A stretch of DNA of 64,000 bases from Eledone cirrhosa (taxonomy: Eukaryota). Location: positions 23,870,001-23,934,000 of the forward strand of contig OZ024743.1 of assembly GCA_964016885.1 (NCBI GenBank), written 5' to 3'. The position numbers were made by a program, and so were the translations under genes. Below, piece by piece: positions 1 to 10,591 of the stretch. The notes beneath the pieces are model-generated. The model saw nothing but the letters and a program-made list of their open reading frames with translations. It was not told the origin of the DNA and searched no databases. The first letter of the stretch is position 1. Every line of letters begins with the position of its first letter.

Positions 1-282
1 TTGGGCTTCTTAGGGCTTTTGGGAGGCGTTACGTCTAGCCGATTTTCCCGAAATTTCAAGGCATATTATGCACATAAAAAAATTCATTTTCTTGATCCCA
101 TAGGGCCCGCATTAGGTGAAAACCTGCATTGTTCCTGCTTCATCGAGGAAAATCTTAAAGATTATCCAACCATCAGAGTATTCGGTTTATTTACATATTG
201 TCCAAGCATGCAGTTTTTAGGTCTATTGGCGGCTCGCGTTCCAAAATACCTTATCCCGTGCAACGCCGGGTACCACTGCTAG
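1..282 (+). mobile_element. Helitron-type 3' terminus (element runs off the left edge of the window)
   Basis: GC-rich subterminal hairpin cccgtgcaacgccggg (255-270), then CTAG (279-282) and a T. This is the Helitron 3'-end signature. Confidence 0.6.
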
Positions 283-993
283 TAAATTATAAAGTTACTT
301 TTTAAATTAATATTTTGCAGATTCCTAATCGTTCAAAAAATCTAATTCGAAGAGCAATTTTTTAAAAAAATGGTGTAATAAAAGAAAGTTAAACGAAGTT
401 TATTTTTTCTGACTTTGTTTATTAATTTGTTTCTTTTGTAAATCATGAGAGTTCTCTCATACCGCCTCGTCCGGTATCGTGGAATTAGCGATGTTTGAGT
501 TATCTTCCTCATATTGTTTTTCTGATATAGTAACAATTATATAAAATTGTTTGTATAAATATTAACAGTGGGTATTTCCAAAGTTTACATGATCCATGTT
601 AAAACGAATAAATGGGGAACATTTATCAACTGTTGATACAAATCATTTTTGATTAGAGACAAAGGTAGCTTAATTTTTTATCACTTTGTTCTTTAATAAA
701 TACAAATGCACTTTTGCCTCAAAAATCATTAGTGAGGTTTTCCAGTGCTCATCGCGATATCGTTGTCTTTTGTCCTGGTAGTGGTTCGTTTGTCCACCTC
801 TTGTTCATGCCATAACTAAATGTTTCCAGCTTTTTTGAGAGTTGTTCCCAACAGCCAGCAGAAGACAGAAAATCTATCAAGAATTAACCAACACCGAGTA
901 ATTTTTTTACTTCGATCATACCTTTACTTATACAATATTATGTAATAAATATTGGAATAAAGTTTTACTGATACTGTATGTATATATATATAT

Positions 994-1428
994 GGCATAC
1001 GTCAAAACGACCGGTCTCAAAAGTGAAACTAATTTTTGATAGTTACGTACACGTTATAAGAGTTATTTAAATTTATATATATAAAATAAAGGAGCAAATA
1101 AGAGCATGATATGAAGTCAGTCATGTGTGTGTGTATATATGTGTGTGTGTGTGTAAACGAATGTAAAAGAATATATGTAGGGCATAGATAAGGTTTCCTA
1201 GAATTTTACACACACACGTGTATATATTATAGTGTGTATGTGTGCATATATAAGTGTATATGTGTGTGTACTTTTACATTCGTTTACACACACACACACA
1301 TGACTGACTTCATATCATGCTCTTATTTGCTCCTTTATTTTATATATATACATTTAAATAACTCTTATAACGTGTACGTAACTGTCAAAAATTAGTTTCA
1401 CTTTTGAGACCGGCCGTTTTGACGTATG

Positions 1429-1430
<2 letters not shown>
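994..1430. mobile_element. Foldback MITE with ~170-bp TIRs, inserted in (TA)n
   Basis: Starts ggcatacgtcaaaacgaccggtctcaaaagtg and ends cacttttgagaccggccgttttgacgtatgcc. The arms are near-perfect reverse complements (994-~1169 vs ~1271-1430). TA repeats flank both sides. Confidence 0.85.
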
Positions 1431-1477
<47 letters not shown>

Positions 1478-1493
1478 TAAAATAACAGATTAA

Positions 1494-1544
1494 AGTTTAA
1501 GCAAAGAATCGCTGCTTTCACCCTTAACGGGATCTTCTGAAACT
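1494..1544 (-). ncRNA. Type-I hammerhead-like motif, variant core CAGAAGA (Penelope-like terminal repeat)
   Basis: Minus strand reads agttt-CAGAAGA-tccc gttaa gggt-GAAA-gca...tgc-TT-aaact. Stems I, II and III are all present; the core has U4>A. Confidence 0.45.
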
Positions 1545-1626
1545 AACAAAGTCAATCTGTAAACGCAGGAGTGGATATTTCAAAAAACGTTGTAACCGGA
1601 GGAAGACAGGAAGACGATATATATTT

Positions 1627-2338
1627 GGCACTACAACGCTATTAGCTGTCAGTCGAAGCAGCCGATGAAAGCAAAACATCGTTTATTTCCGTATTACTAC
1701 CACGCGTAAGTGGAGTTACTTAAATGAAATTTTTTTTTTTTCACGCGTTTTTTTTTTTATTTTTTATTAAAGCATATAGATGTAAGTGGAGTTACTTAAA
1801 TGAAAATATAGGTGGCCCTTAAAAGGGCCAAATTAGAATATACCGCTGCGTTTTTACAGTTTTACTAGTTACACATACACACATATATATATATACACAC
1901 GGTGTCCCCTCCAAAATATATACAAACTTTGGCACTACAACGCTATTAGCTGTCAGTCCAGTGGAAAACAGGCGAAGGTGACGTCACTCGTCAATATCGT
2001 TTATTTCCGTATTACTACCACGCGTAAGTGGAGTTTTCACGCGTTTTTTTGAGAGAGAGAGGGAAGAGGAGAGATAGGGAAGAGAGAGAGAGGGAAGATA
2101 TAAAAGGGCCAACTTAGAAAACAAATAGAAAACAAGTCATGGTTATAAAGCATATCGATGTAAGTGGAGTTACTTAAATGAAAATATAGGTGGCCCTTAA
2201 AAGGGCCAAATTAGAAAACAAATTTAAGTTAATTAGAAAACAAGTCATGGTTATCAATGTAGAAAACAAGTCATTCATAAATTTAAGTTTTATAATCAAT
2301 TTTTTTCACCAACAATAAGCTAATAGCGTTGTAGTGCC
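1627..2338. mobile_element. Rearranged copy of the GGCACTACAACG-TIR MITE family
   Basis: Left TIR ggcactacaacgctattagctgtcagtc at 1627 and again at 1931; right TIR remnant gctaatagcgttgtagtgcc ends at 2338. The internal sequence matches the MITEs at 43670, 45941 and 48183, with internal duplications. Confidence 0.75.
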
Positions 2339-2373
2339 CGCAATTCAGTATCTTTACGTATATTGCGATAGAT

Positions 2374-2610
2374 ACGAGGGTTGACAAAGATACTCTCATG
2401 GAATATGACCAAATGAGGTTTATTTTTCAACATAGTCTCCCTTGCGTTCCACACACTTCTTCCATCGGTGTTGCAGTACTGAGATCAATGCTTTCCTCGG
2501 CAGTGGCAGTTGTAGGACGTCCAGACATTGGGTCATCTTCAAGAATCCCCTATCCTTTCCTAAATTCGGCTGCCCACTTTTGCACAAAGGAAAATTGTGG
2601 TACAATATTG
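2374..2610 (-). mobile_element. Internally deleted mariner transposon fragment
   Basis: Terminus tacgagggttg. The minus-strand peptide ends QHRWKKCVERKGDYVEK*, the typical mariner transposase C-terminus. Confidence 0.75.
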
Positions 2611-3239
2611 TAAGGTCTGCTTATAGCATTATCCATCTTTCAAAAATGAAGGTCCACATTTCGTCGACTTTAATACATTTTATTACATTTTATTGTATTG
2701 TAAACATTAATGGACATTTTATGGACATTTTATTACAAAATTTCAATTTAGTTCGATTTTTTTAAATTTATTTAACAAACATGGAAAAATAAGAAAAAGA
2801 ATAAAATAAAAAATAATTTGATTGCCTTTAATAAAGAAGATAAATAGAGTGGAACTGATTCCAGGACATACTAATGAAACAAGGTTTTTTCCATTACTGA
2901 TATTATCTGTCTACCGCAAGTCCTGGTAGAAGATGCTACACGAACTAAAGTATTTTACTGAAGGACGCAACATGTTGCAGGATCGAAGAAACGAGCCCAT
3001 GACTTTATAATGGTTAGTCCAGTACCGTAACCCCTAAGGTCTTCACAGAGGAAAGGTAAATCATATTATAACAGATTAGATGGGTACTATGTTAGATATT
3101 GCTATGTGTCATATTATACCAAAGAGGAAGTGTGCTGTATAATAAACATTGATATCAGGTTGATTCAATAACTACCCGGTCCCAAATATGAACCCATGAA
3201 CTTATGGTCGTCAATCAAACACTTTAACCATTGTATGAA

Positions 3240-3465
3240 GGCATGTGGCTGAGTGGTTGGAGAATTGGATTCGCAATCGTAAGGTTGTGAGTTCGATTCC
3301 TGGACCAGGCGATGCGTTATGTCCTTGAGCAAGACACTTTATTTCACGTTGCTCCTTCTACCTGGAGTTGCGACCGATAGATAGTATTAGCAATTGGAAA
3401 GACCAACGGAAACATTGTTCCCTCGGTCCGATTTGGCGAAAGTCGATCGTTCCTATGTATGTATG
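3240..3465 (+). mobile_element. tRNA-derived SINE with CORE-like body and (TATG)n tail
   Basis: A-box-like tggctgagtgg, B-box-like gagttcgattcc, central gtccttgagcaagacactt, and a tatgtatg tail. Confidence 0.7.
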
Positions 3466-3544
3466 TATACACGTATGGATGGATGGATGTGTGTCTGTAT
3501 GCATGTATGTATACATGTATATATGTAAGTATGTATGCGTGTAT

Positions 3545-6016
3545 GAGAACAACTGGAAGGACTTCAGGAGTTCGGTCTATGAGGCTTCAGCAGAGGTCCT
3601 TGGCTTTGTCACAAGAAAACAAGGACTGGTTTGATGAGAATGACCAGGAGGTCAAGGCTCTGCTAGACAGAAAACAAAAAGCACTTGATGTAGTTCTTAA
3701 AGGTGGTAGCTCTGTTGGTGACAAGTGCAGGTGAAACTCAGGGCTATGCAAAATACCTGGTGGAGCAACAAAGCAGATGAAGGTCAAGTGGCATCTGACG
3801 GCAACAATGTGAAACTGCCACACTTTCTACTCACAGAGGTGTATGGCCCTTTCAGCTCTCCAGTGGCCCCTTTGAGATCGAAAGATGGCAAGCAATTACT
3901 GCGCGACCCAAAAGACACTCGACAGATAGAGAGATCACTTTGATGAGCTCATAAACCAGCCATCCCAGGTTGATGATGATTTCATTTGTTCCATTCCTAT
4001 TGAACCAGTGAAGCATATGAGATGGCTAATGTATCTTCTCTTGCAGAGGAGACTTCTGTTGTGCATAAGCTGAACTGTGGTAAGTCTCCTGGTATGGATG
4101 GTCTGAGTGGAGCGGTTTTGAAGTGTGGTGGTGAAAACTTCACGCAGCGCCTGACTGACCTCATGAAAATGGTGTGGGAAGATGAGAATGTCCCACAAGA
4201 AGGATGCGCTAATGGTGATTCTCCATAAAGGAAAGGACGGCTAGGACAAATGTGGCAATTATCATGTCATATCCCTTCTTTCAGTAGTTGGTAAAGTCGT
4301 GTCGAATATTGATAGATAGATTGATCCCAAGAGTTGCTCTGAATGTGTTGCCTGAGTCGCAGTGTGGGTTCAGAAACGAAAGAGGAACAGTGGATATGAT
4401 CGTTTCTGCTCGGCAGCTGCAAGAAAACTGTATCGAACAATGTATGGACCTTTACCAGGTCTTTGTTGACTTGACAAAGGCCTTTGACACTGTCAATCGA
4501 ACTGCGTTTTGGGAAAAAAATCCAAGGTAGAGTAGAAGATTCTGCATCTTTTCCATGATGACATGAAGGCTTTGGTCAGTATTGGTGGTAGCATCTCTAA
4601 ACCAATATCAGTTGAAAATGGAGTGAAGCAGGGGGACATTCCGGCTCCAACTCTGTTTTCCTTATATTTTACGATAGTGTTTCTCACGGCATTCAAATAT
4701 TGTTCTCATGGGGTTTACACCAGGTATCGCACTTCAGGAAGGTTGTTCAACACCAGGCGCTTTGGTACAAGCACAAAGGTATTAACATCTATAATCCGAG
4801 AGTTTTTGTATGCAGACGACTGCGATCTTTTTGCACACTCACAAAGTGACATGCAGCATATTATGAACTCTTTTTCTGCAGCTTGCAGCACTTTGGGCGT
4901 CACAATAAGCTTGGAAAAGACTGTTGTGATGTATCAGCCAGTACCTGGAAACGAGTACACTGCACCAAGTGTGTACGTGTACGGAAAGAGGCTAAAAGTT
5001 GCTGACAAGTTTGTTTACCTTGGTAGTACGTTGAACACTTCATGCACACATGATAATGAAATATCCTTAAGAATCAGGAAAGCCAGTGATGCTTTTGGAC
5101 GGCTGCATCAATGTTTATGGTCTAGACGAGGTATCACTATCGAAACCAAGGTGAAAGTGTATCTGACTTGTGTCGTCTCCTCTTTGCTTTATATTTGTGA
5201 AACGTGGGTCACATACAGAAAGCACCTCAAGGATCTGGAGAGATTTCACCAACAATCTCTTCATAAGTTACTTGGGGTGTGGTGGAAAATGTTCGCCAGT
5301 GATTTGGAAGTTCTAGAACGGAGCAGGTGCGTGACTATAGAGAGCATAATCTTTCGGTATCGGTTGAGGTGGTGCAGTCACGTGGTCCAGATGTCTGATG
5401 ATCGTATTCCAAAGCAACTTCTCTATGGAGAACTGTGTGAAGGAAGGCGACCACCACATAAACCAAAAAAGCGGTACCAGGACTGTATCAGGGGCACCTT
5501 GGCTTGTGCTGGAATTTCATCTGACGAATGGGAGAAAATGGCTGACGAGCGTGTGAAGTGGAGACGTTTGATCAAGTCAGGTGGTGAACACTTTGAAACT
5601 CGTCGGAGAGAACACCTAACACTGAAAAGGAAGGTGAGGATTGAGACTGTTCTGAACTGCCTGCTGTAGAACATCATCTGGTTTGCCAGCACTGTGGTCT
5701 AGTCAGCCTGAGCAAAGCTGGTTTGATTAGACATGAACAAAGTCATATCAGTAGACCTCATGTAGATCATGATCTGAAAAGGTGTAAGAAATGTACAAGC
5801 ATGGGAGGTCTTAAAAGATACATGTGAACATACAGCCAGAACAAAGCAATGGAAGGTTTCGGGGGAGCCTAAAATTGCCATGTGTGTGCCAGAGGGTGCA
5901 AGTATTTGGCTGGTTTAAAGAGTTACATTTGTGCTTCACATTTTTGAACATTTTATCGGGCGATGGCAATACTTGAACACGAGTTTGCAGCCATCATGTA
6001 GTATGTATGTATGTAT
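3545..6016 (+). mobile_element. 5'-truncated, frameshifted RTE-clade LINE (same family as 60154-64000)
   Basis: Fragments DWFDENDQEV, SPGMDG, LPESQCGFR, FVDLTKAFDTVNR, GVKQGDIPAPTLF and LYADDC, plus decayed C2H2 remnants at ~5670-5940. The 3' end gcagccatcatg is followed by (tatg)n. Confidence 0.92.
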
Positions 6017-6529
6017 GTCGGGTCACTCTTGAGTGCTATTGGTAACATGTAACCCAGTACAACCTGTCGCATGGTCGGGTCGTCAGCGACTAAACCAGCA
6101 ACCCTACCAAGTTTACTTGGTGAGGAGGGTGATTTTGGACACCCTGCAGGACAAAAAACAAAACCTGACAAAGGGCGGAAGATCTCATAAGAGTCAACGG
6201 CCATCCAAAAGTGTGTAAATATGTATATACACATGTACATATGTATGTATATGTATATGTGTATATACATGGGTGCATGTGTATGTACATGAGCGGGGAC
6301 ATAGAAATAATCGGGCTGGCAACCGATTGCGCGGTTAAACCACTGGGAGTGAAGGACCCCTAGCCTTTGTCAGGGCATTCTTCTAGGAGAAGGCAACTCA
6401 GGAAACTGGGATAACTCCGATATAAAACCAGAGAGTGGGATTGGCTCAGTGCACAGTCTTTCCTCATTTAAAAAAATATCTTCATGCACAGGCATTGCAC
6501 GATAGAATTAATTAATAATTATTAATAAT

Positions 6530-6600
6530 GGTATATCGTGCAATGGTCATACTCGATAACGAGGGGGCAGCCATCATGTATGCATACATGCGTGTATGTA
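6530..6600 (+). mobile_element. Isolated 3' tip of the RTE family
   Basis: atcgtgcaatggtcatactcgataacgagggggcagccatcatgtatg is almost identical to 63928-63975. Confidence 0.8.
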
Positions 6601-6633
<33 letters not shown>

Positions 6634-6837
6634 GTGTGTGTGCTTGCATGTGTGTATATATATATATATATATATATGTGCATGTGGGTGTGTATATATA
6701 TATCTCCATATATTTATTCAGCTGATATCGGCTGGATTGGTTGGAATATTCTGACGCGAATTCTTTCTGCTCTGTTAAATCGAAACAAATCTAGAATTTC
6801 TATTTGAGGTTTTCTATATAAGAGACCGGCAGACCAT

Positions 6838-7465
6838 GTTGATACTATGAAGGCCATTTGTACTAAGCCGCCTGGACTATTGCTCCCAGCTGTGGTCACC
6901 CCATAGTATCAAACTAACCACGGAACTTGAGACAATCTAACGAAGCTACACCAAGAGGATTGCACGATGAAGGAGATGAGCTACTGGGAGAGGCTAAAAG
7001 AACTGAAACTCTACTCCTTGGAACAAAGACGGGAGAGATACGCAGTGATATACATATGGAAAATCCTGGAGGGACTAGCGCCAAACTTTGGTATTGAGAG
7101 CGGGACCAACCCCCAAACAGGACGTCACTGTGTGGTGACAAAGGTCCCGTCTTCCACATCTAGAACAAGAAGCAGATATTGCAATAGACTGGGGTTCAAA
7201 GGCCCTCAACTCTTCAACAAACTGCCGAGGGATTTGAGAGATCTACATGGTGTGACCGTGGATATTTTCAAGAAACTTTTTGACACCCTGTTATCCAGGA
7301 TCCCGGATGAGCCCACATCATGGTACAAAGGTAACCTAAGGGCAGCAGCAACGAACTCCCTCTTACATCAATGGCCAGCCAACACAGGCTGGAGATAGAA
7401 TGTGTAGCAACAAGGGCAGTGCCCAATCATGGTCTCAGCCAGATGGCTGGAACAGCTAAAAGAGT
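6838..7465 (+). mobile_element. 3' fragment of a CR1/L2-like LINE
   Basis: Peptide SYWERLKELKLYSLEQRRERYAVIYIWKIL...GPQLFNKLP is typical of post-RT CR1-group C-termini. Related pieces lie on the minus strand at ~10425-10592 and ~14380-14610. Confidence 0.75.
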
Positions 7466-7490
7466 ATATATATATATTTAATATAGAAAT

Positions 7491-7542
7491 GGCTTCAACA
7501 GGACTAGAACTGTTTCATTCGGAGGAAATCATCAGAAAAGCC
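7491..7542 (-). ncRNA. Degenerate hammerhead-like motif (Penelope-like terminal repeat)
   Basis: Minus strand reads ggctttt-CTGATGA-tttcctccgaat-GAAA-cagttctagtcctg-TT-gaagcc. Same family as the palindrome at 58860-58980. Confidence 0.45.
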
Positions 7543-7773
7543 GACTGTCAATGTAATATGGTGGTATTTATACATTTTCTGGTGGTAGGGGAGGGTAGTA
7601 AATTGATGCTAAGTAGACAAACACATACACACTGACAGGCACTCCTAATTTTCAAGATTCATTTATTCCAAACAAACAAAGGGTTTTCATTGAGTGGCAA
7701 TATTAAAATGCTCTGCTAAAAGATATAAATATGTGTGTGTGTGTTTGTATATATATATATATGTGCGTGTGTT

Positions 7774-7828
<55 letters not shown>

Positions 7829-7857
7829 TTGTATATATATATATATGTGCGTGTGTT

Positions 7858-7902
<45 letters not shown>

Positions 7903-7907
7903 TTGTG

Positions 7908-7938
<31 letters not shown>

Positions 7939-7941
7939 TTG

Positions 7942-7976
<35 letters not shown>

Positions 7977-7977
<1 letters not shown>

Positions 7978-8936
7978 CAAATTTCAATAATATTAAGACA
8001 CCCTATAGTGAAAAGTTTGGCCAATAAATGGAACAAGATTTTACGAACTCCTCCTATGGTTTTGGAGATAGACCCCCATAACCATATATATTCTGAAACT
8101 ACATTGCCCAGGGTACTTGTATAAGTATATTTCATTTTAATCAACGGGTTCATCGGGGGCACAGAACCGCCGCTGAAACTTTACCTTTATATGAAATTTA
8201 AACCATAGGCAAATGACAAGATATGATGCCTATTCACAAAATTTCAGCAAATTTCAATAAAATTAAAATACCCTAATGGGGGTTAAACCCCCTATTAGGG
8301 TTCACCGGTGGCACAAACCCCTGCTGAAAATGTTTTCCCTTCGATTTATATGCAATTTAAACCATAGGTAAACGACATTCACATCATTTCAGCAAATTTC
8401 AATAAAATTACAATACCCTAATGGGGGTTAAACCCCCTATTAGGGTTCACCAGGGGGCACAAAATCGCTGCTGAAAATTTTTTCGGTTCGATTTATATGC
8501 AATTTAAACCATAGATAAATGAAGAGATATGATGCCTATTCACAAAATTTCAATACTATAAGACACCTTAATGGTGGTTAAACCCCCTATTAGGGTTCCC
8601 CGGGGGTACAAACCCCCGCTGAAAACTTCTCCCTTTCAATTTATATGAAACTTAAACCATAGGTAAATGACAAGATATGATGCCTATTCACAAAAGTTTT
8701 CAATTGATATTTTAAAAAAAATTATTTACAAGAAACAAAATAAGAATAAGATTTAATAATGCAATTTTGATTTGATATATTACAAAAAATGATGTTTTCC
8801 AATTTTTCATGCATTATATTTTACATTGAACAATATTGAGTTTTTCTCCATAAATTATATCACTGATTTAAAATCAAATATCATTTTCTTACAAAAAAAT
8901 GTGTGAAACGCAGCAAGGCGCTGGTAATTCGGCTAG
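7977..8936 (+). mobile_element. Non-autonomous Helitron-like element with an internal ~150-bp tandem repeat
   Basis: About 4-5 diverged ~150-bp units. The 3' end has hairpin cagcaaggcgctg (8911-8923), then CTAG (8933-8936) and T. Confidence 0.55.
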
Positions 8937-9000
8937 TATATATATATATGTGAGTGTGTGTATATATATATATGTGAGTGTGTGTATATATATGTGCGTG

Positions 9001-9975
9001 AGAGGTGTAGGTAGAAACTCCATCCTCTGCCCCATATGCAAACTATGGGTACACAAGAGATGTAGTGGGATCTGAGGAAGTTTAGTTAAGAATGTAGGCT
9101 TTACATGTAGCAGTTGCATCAGGACAGTAAGCAGCAAACAATCACTGAAAACAAGTGACATCAATGTCTGGGAGGACTTGGTAAAAACAATACCGAATTA
9201 GCAGCGGAGGGGGGGGTGTTCTGAAAGAACGGGATGGAAGAAGTTGAGGGAGCTACTGCCACAGCTGGATACAAAAGGCTTTTCTCTCAGAATAAACGGT
9301 AGACTGTATGATGTGTGCATATGAACGGCAATGTTGCATGGTAGTGAGAGCTGGGCGCTGTGTGTAGAAGACTTGCGTAGATTAGAAAGGAATGAAGCTT
9401 GTATGCTCCGATGGATGTGTAATAGTAATATACGCGAACAGCAAAGCATAAACAAACTGAAAGAGAAACTAGGCATAAGAGAAATCAAATGTTGTGTGCA
9501 GGAGAGGAGATTATGTTGGTATGGACATGTGATTCGTATGAAGGATGACAGCTACATAAAGTCCCAGAAAGACTTGAGATGAAGTGATAAAAGCCGACCT
9601 TGCCCAATTGCACCTCTGAAAGGCAATGTCACAGGACCAAGATCTCTGGCATTATGAGGTAATACAGAAACCCCAACTTCCCACGGGCCCAGGCCAAGGC
9701 TGAAACATACATACAGTATGCACCACTCCATCCCACCCGCCAATATATCTTTCATGAGAACAGGCCGAAACACTGTAAAGTGGTCGTGATGGTGACACGG
9801 TAAAAAACACCCAGTCCACACTGTAAAGTAGTCGTGGAGGAATCACAACAAAAAATACCCAGTACTCATTGTAAATGAGCTTGGCATTAGGAAGGGCATC
9901 CAGCTGTAGAAACCAAGCCAAAATCAGTTCTTTATGAGCAAGACATGGTCACCTGACCTAACATTGCCAACAATA
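9001..9975 (+). mobile_element. Deleted 3' fragment of a second RTE-like LINE family
   Basis: Peptides LHGSESWAL..LERNEACMLRWM..WYGHVIRM. Homologous to the minus-strand element at 10592-14200, including its 3' UTR ~40-bp repeats. Confidence 0.8.
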
Positions 9976-9979
9976 GAAG

Positions 9980-10360
9980 GCACATGGTTCAGTGGTTAGA
10001 GCATTGGGCTTGCAATTGAAAGGTTGTGAGTTTAATTCTCGGACCGGGTGATGTGTTGTTTCCTTGAGCAAGACACTTTATTTCACATTGCTCCAGTTTA
10101 CTCAGCTGTAGAAATGAGATGATAGGACTGGGGTCCCTATCATTCCACTGCAAAGTGATCGTGGAGGTGCCACAGCAAAAAAAAAAAGAAAACACCCAGC
10201 ACTCACTGTAAATGAGGTTGGTGTTAGGAAGGGCATCCAGCTGTAGAAATCAAGACAGAATCAGTTCCCGTATGAGCAAGAAAAGGTCAGCCGACCGGAC
10301 ACTGCCCACAACAGGACAACCCATGCTAGCGTAGAAGAACTGACATAAAATGATGATGAA
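9980..10360 (+). mobile_element. tRNA-derived SINE with RTE-type (TGA)n tail
   Basis: Head ggcacatggttcagtggttagagcattgg, body ccttgagcaagacactt, and a 3' region shared with the second RTE family. Copies at 14611-14920 (-) and 30897-31230 (-). Confidence 0.75.
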
Positions 10361-10591
10361 ATATAACAGAGTTTTATAGCTTGCTTGAAGCATTGATGAA
10401 TAGGAAACACAAATTTAAATTTTGAAAACCAAGTTGAGGGCCTTTGAACCCCAGGCTATTGCAATAGCAGCTCCTAATTCTAGATGTGGAAGACGGGACC
10501 TTTGGTACCACACAGTGATGTCCTGTTCGAGAATTGGTCCAGCTCTCAATGCGAAAGTTTGGTCTTAGTCCCCCCAGGATTTTCCATATGT

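Noticed and set aside
3240-3310. tRNA gene
   Set aside because: A and B boxes are present, but there is no complete cloverleaf and the sequence continues into a SINE body.
6016-6420. Structured RTE 5'-UTR-like pieces as HDV-like or twister ribozymes
   Set aside because: Hairpins are present, but I could not place the HDV P3/L3/P1.1 elements or both twister pseudoknots. A covariance-model search would be needed.
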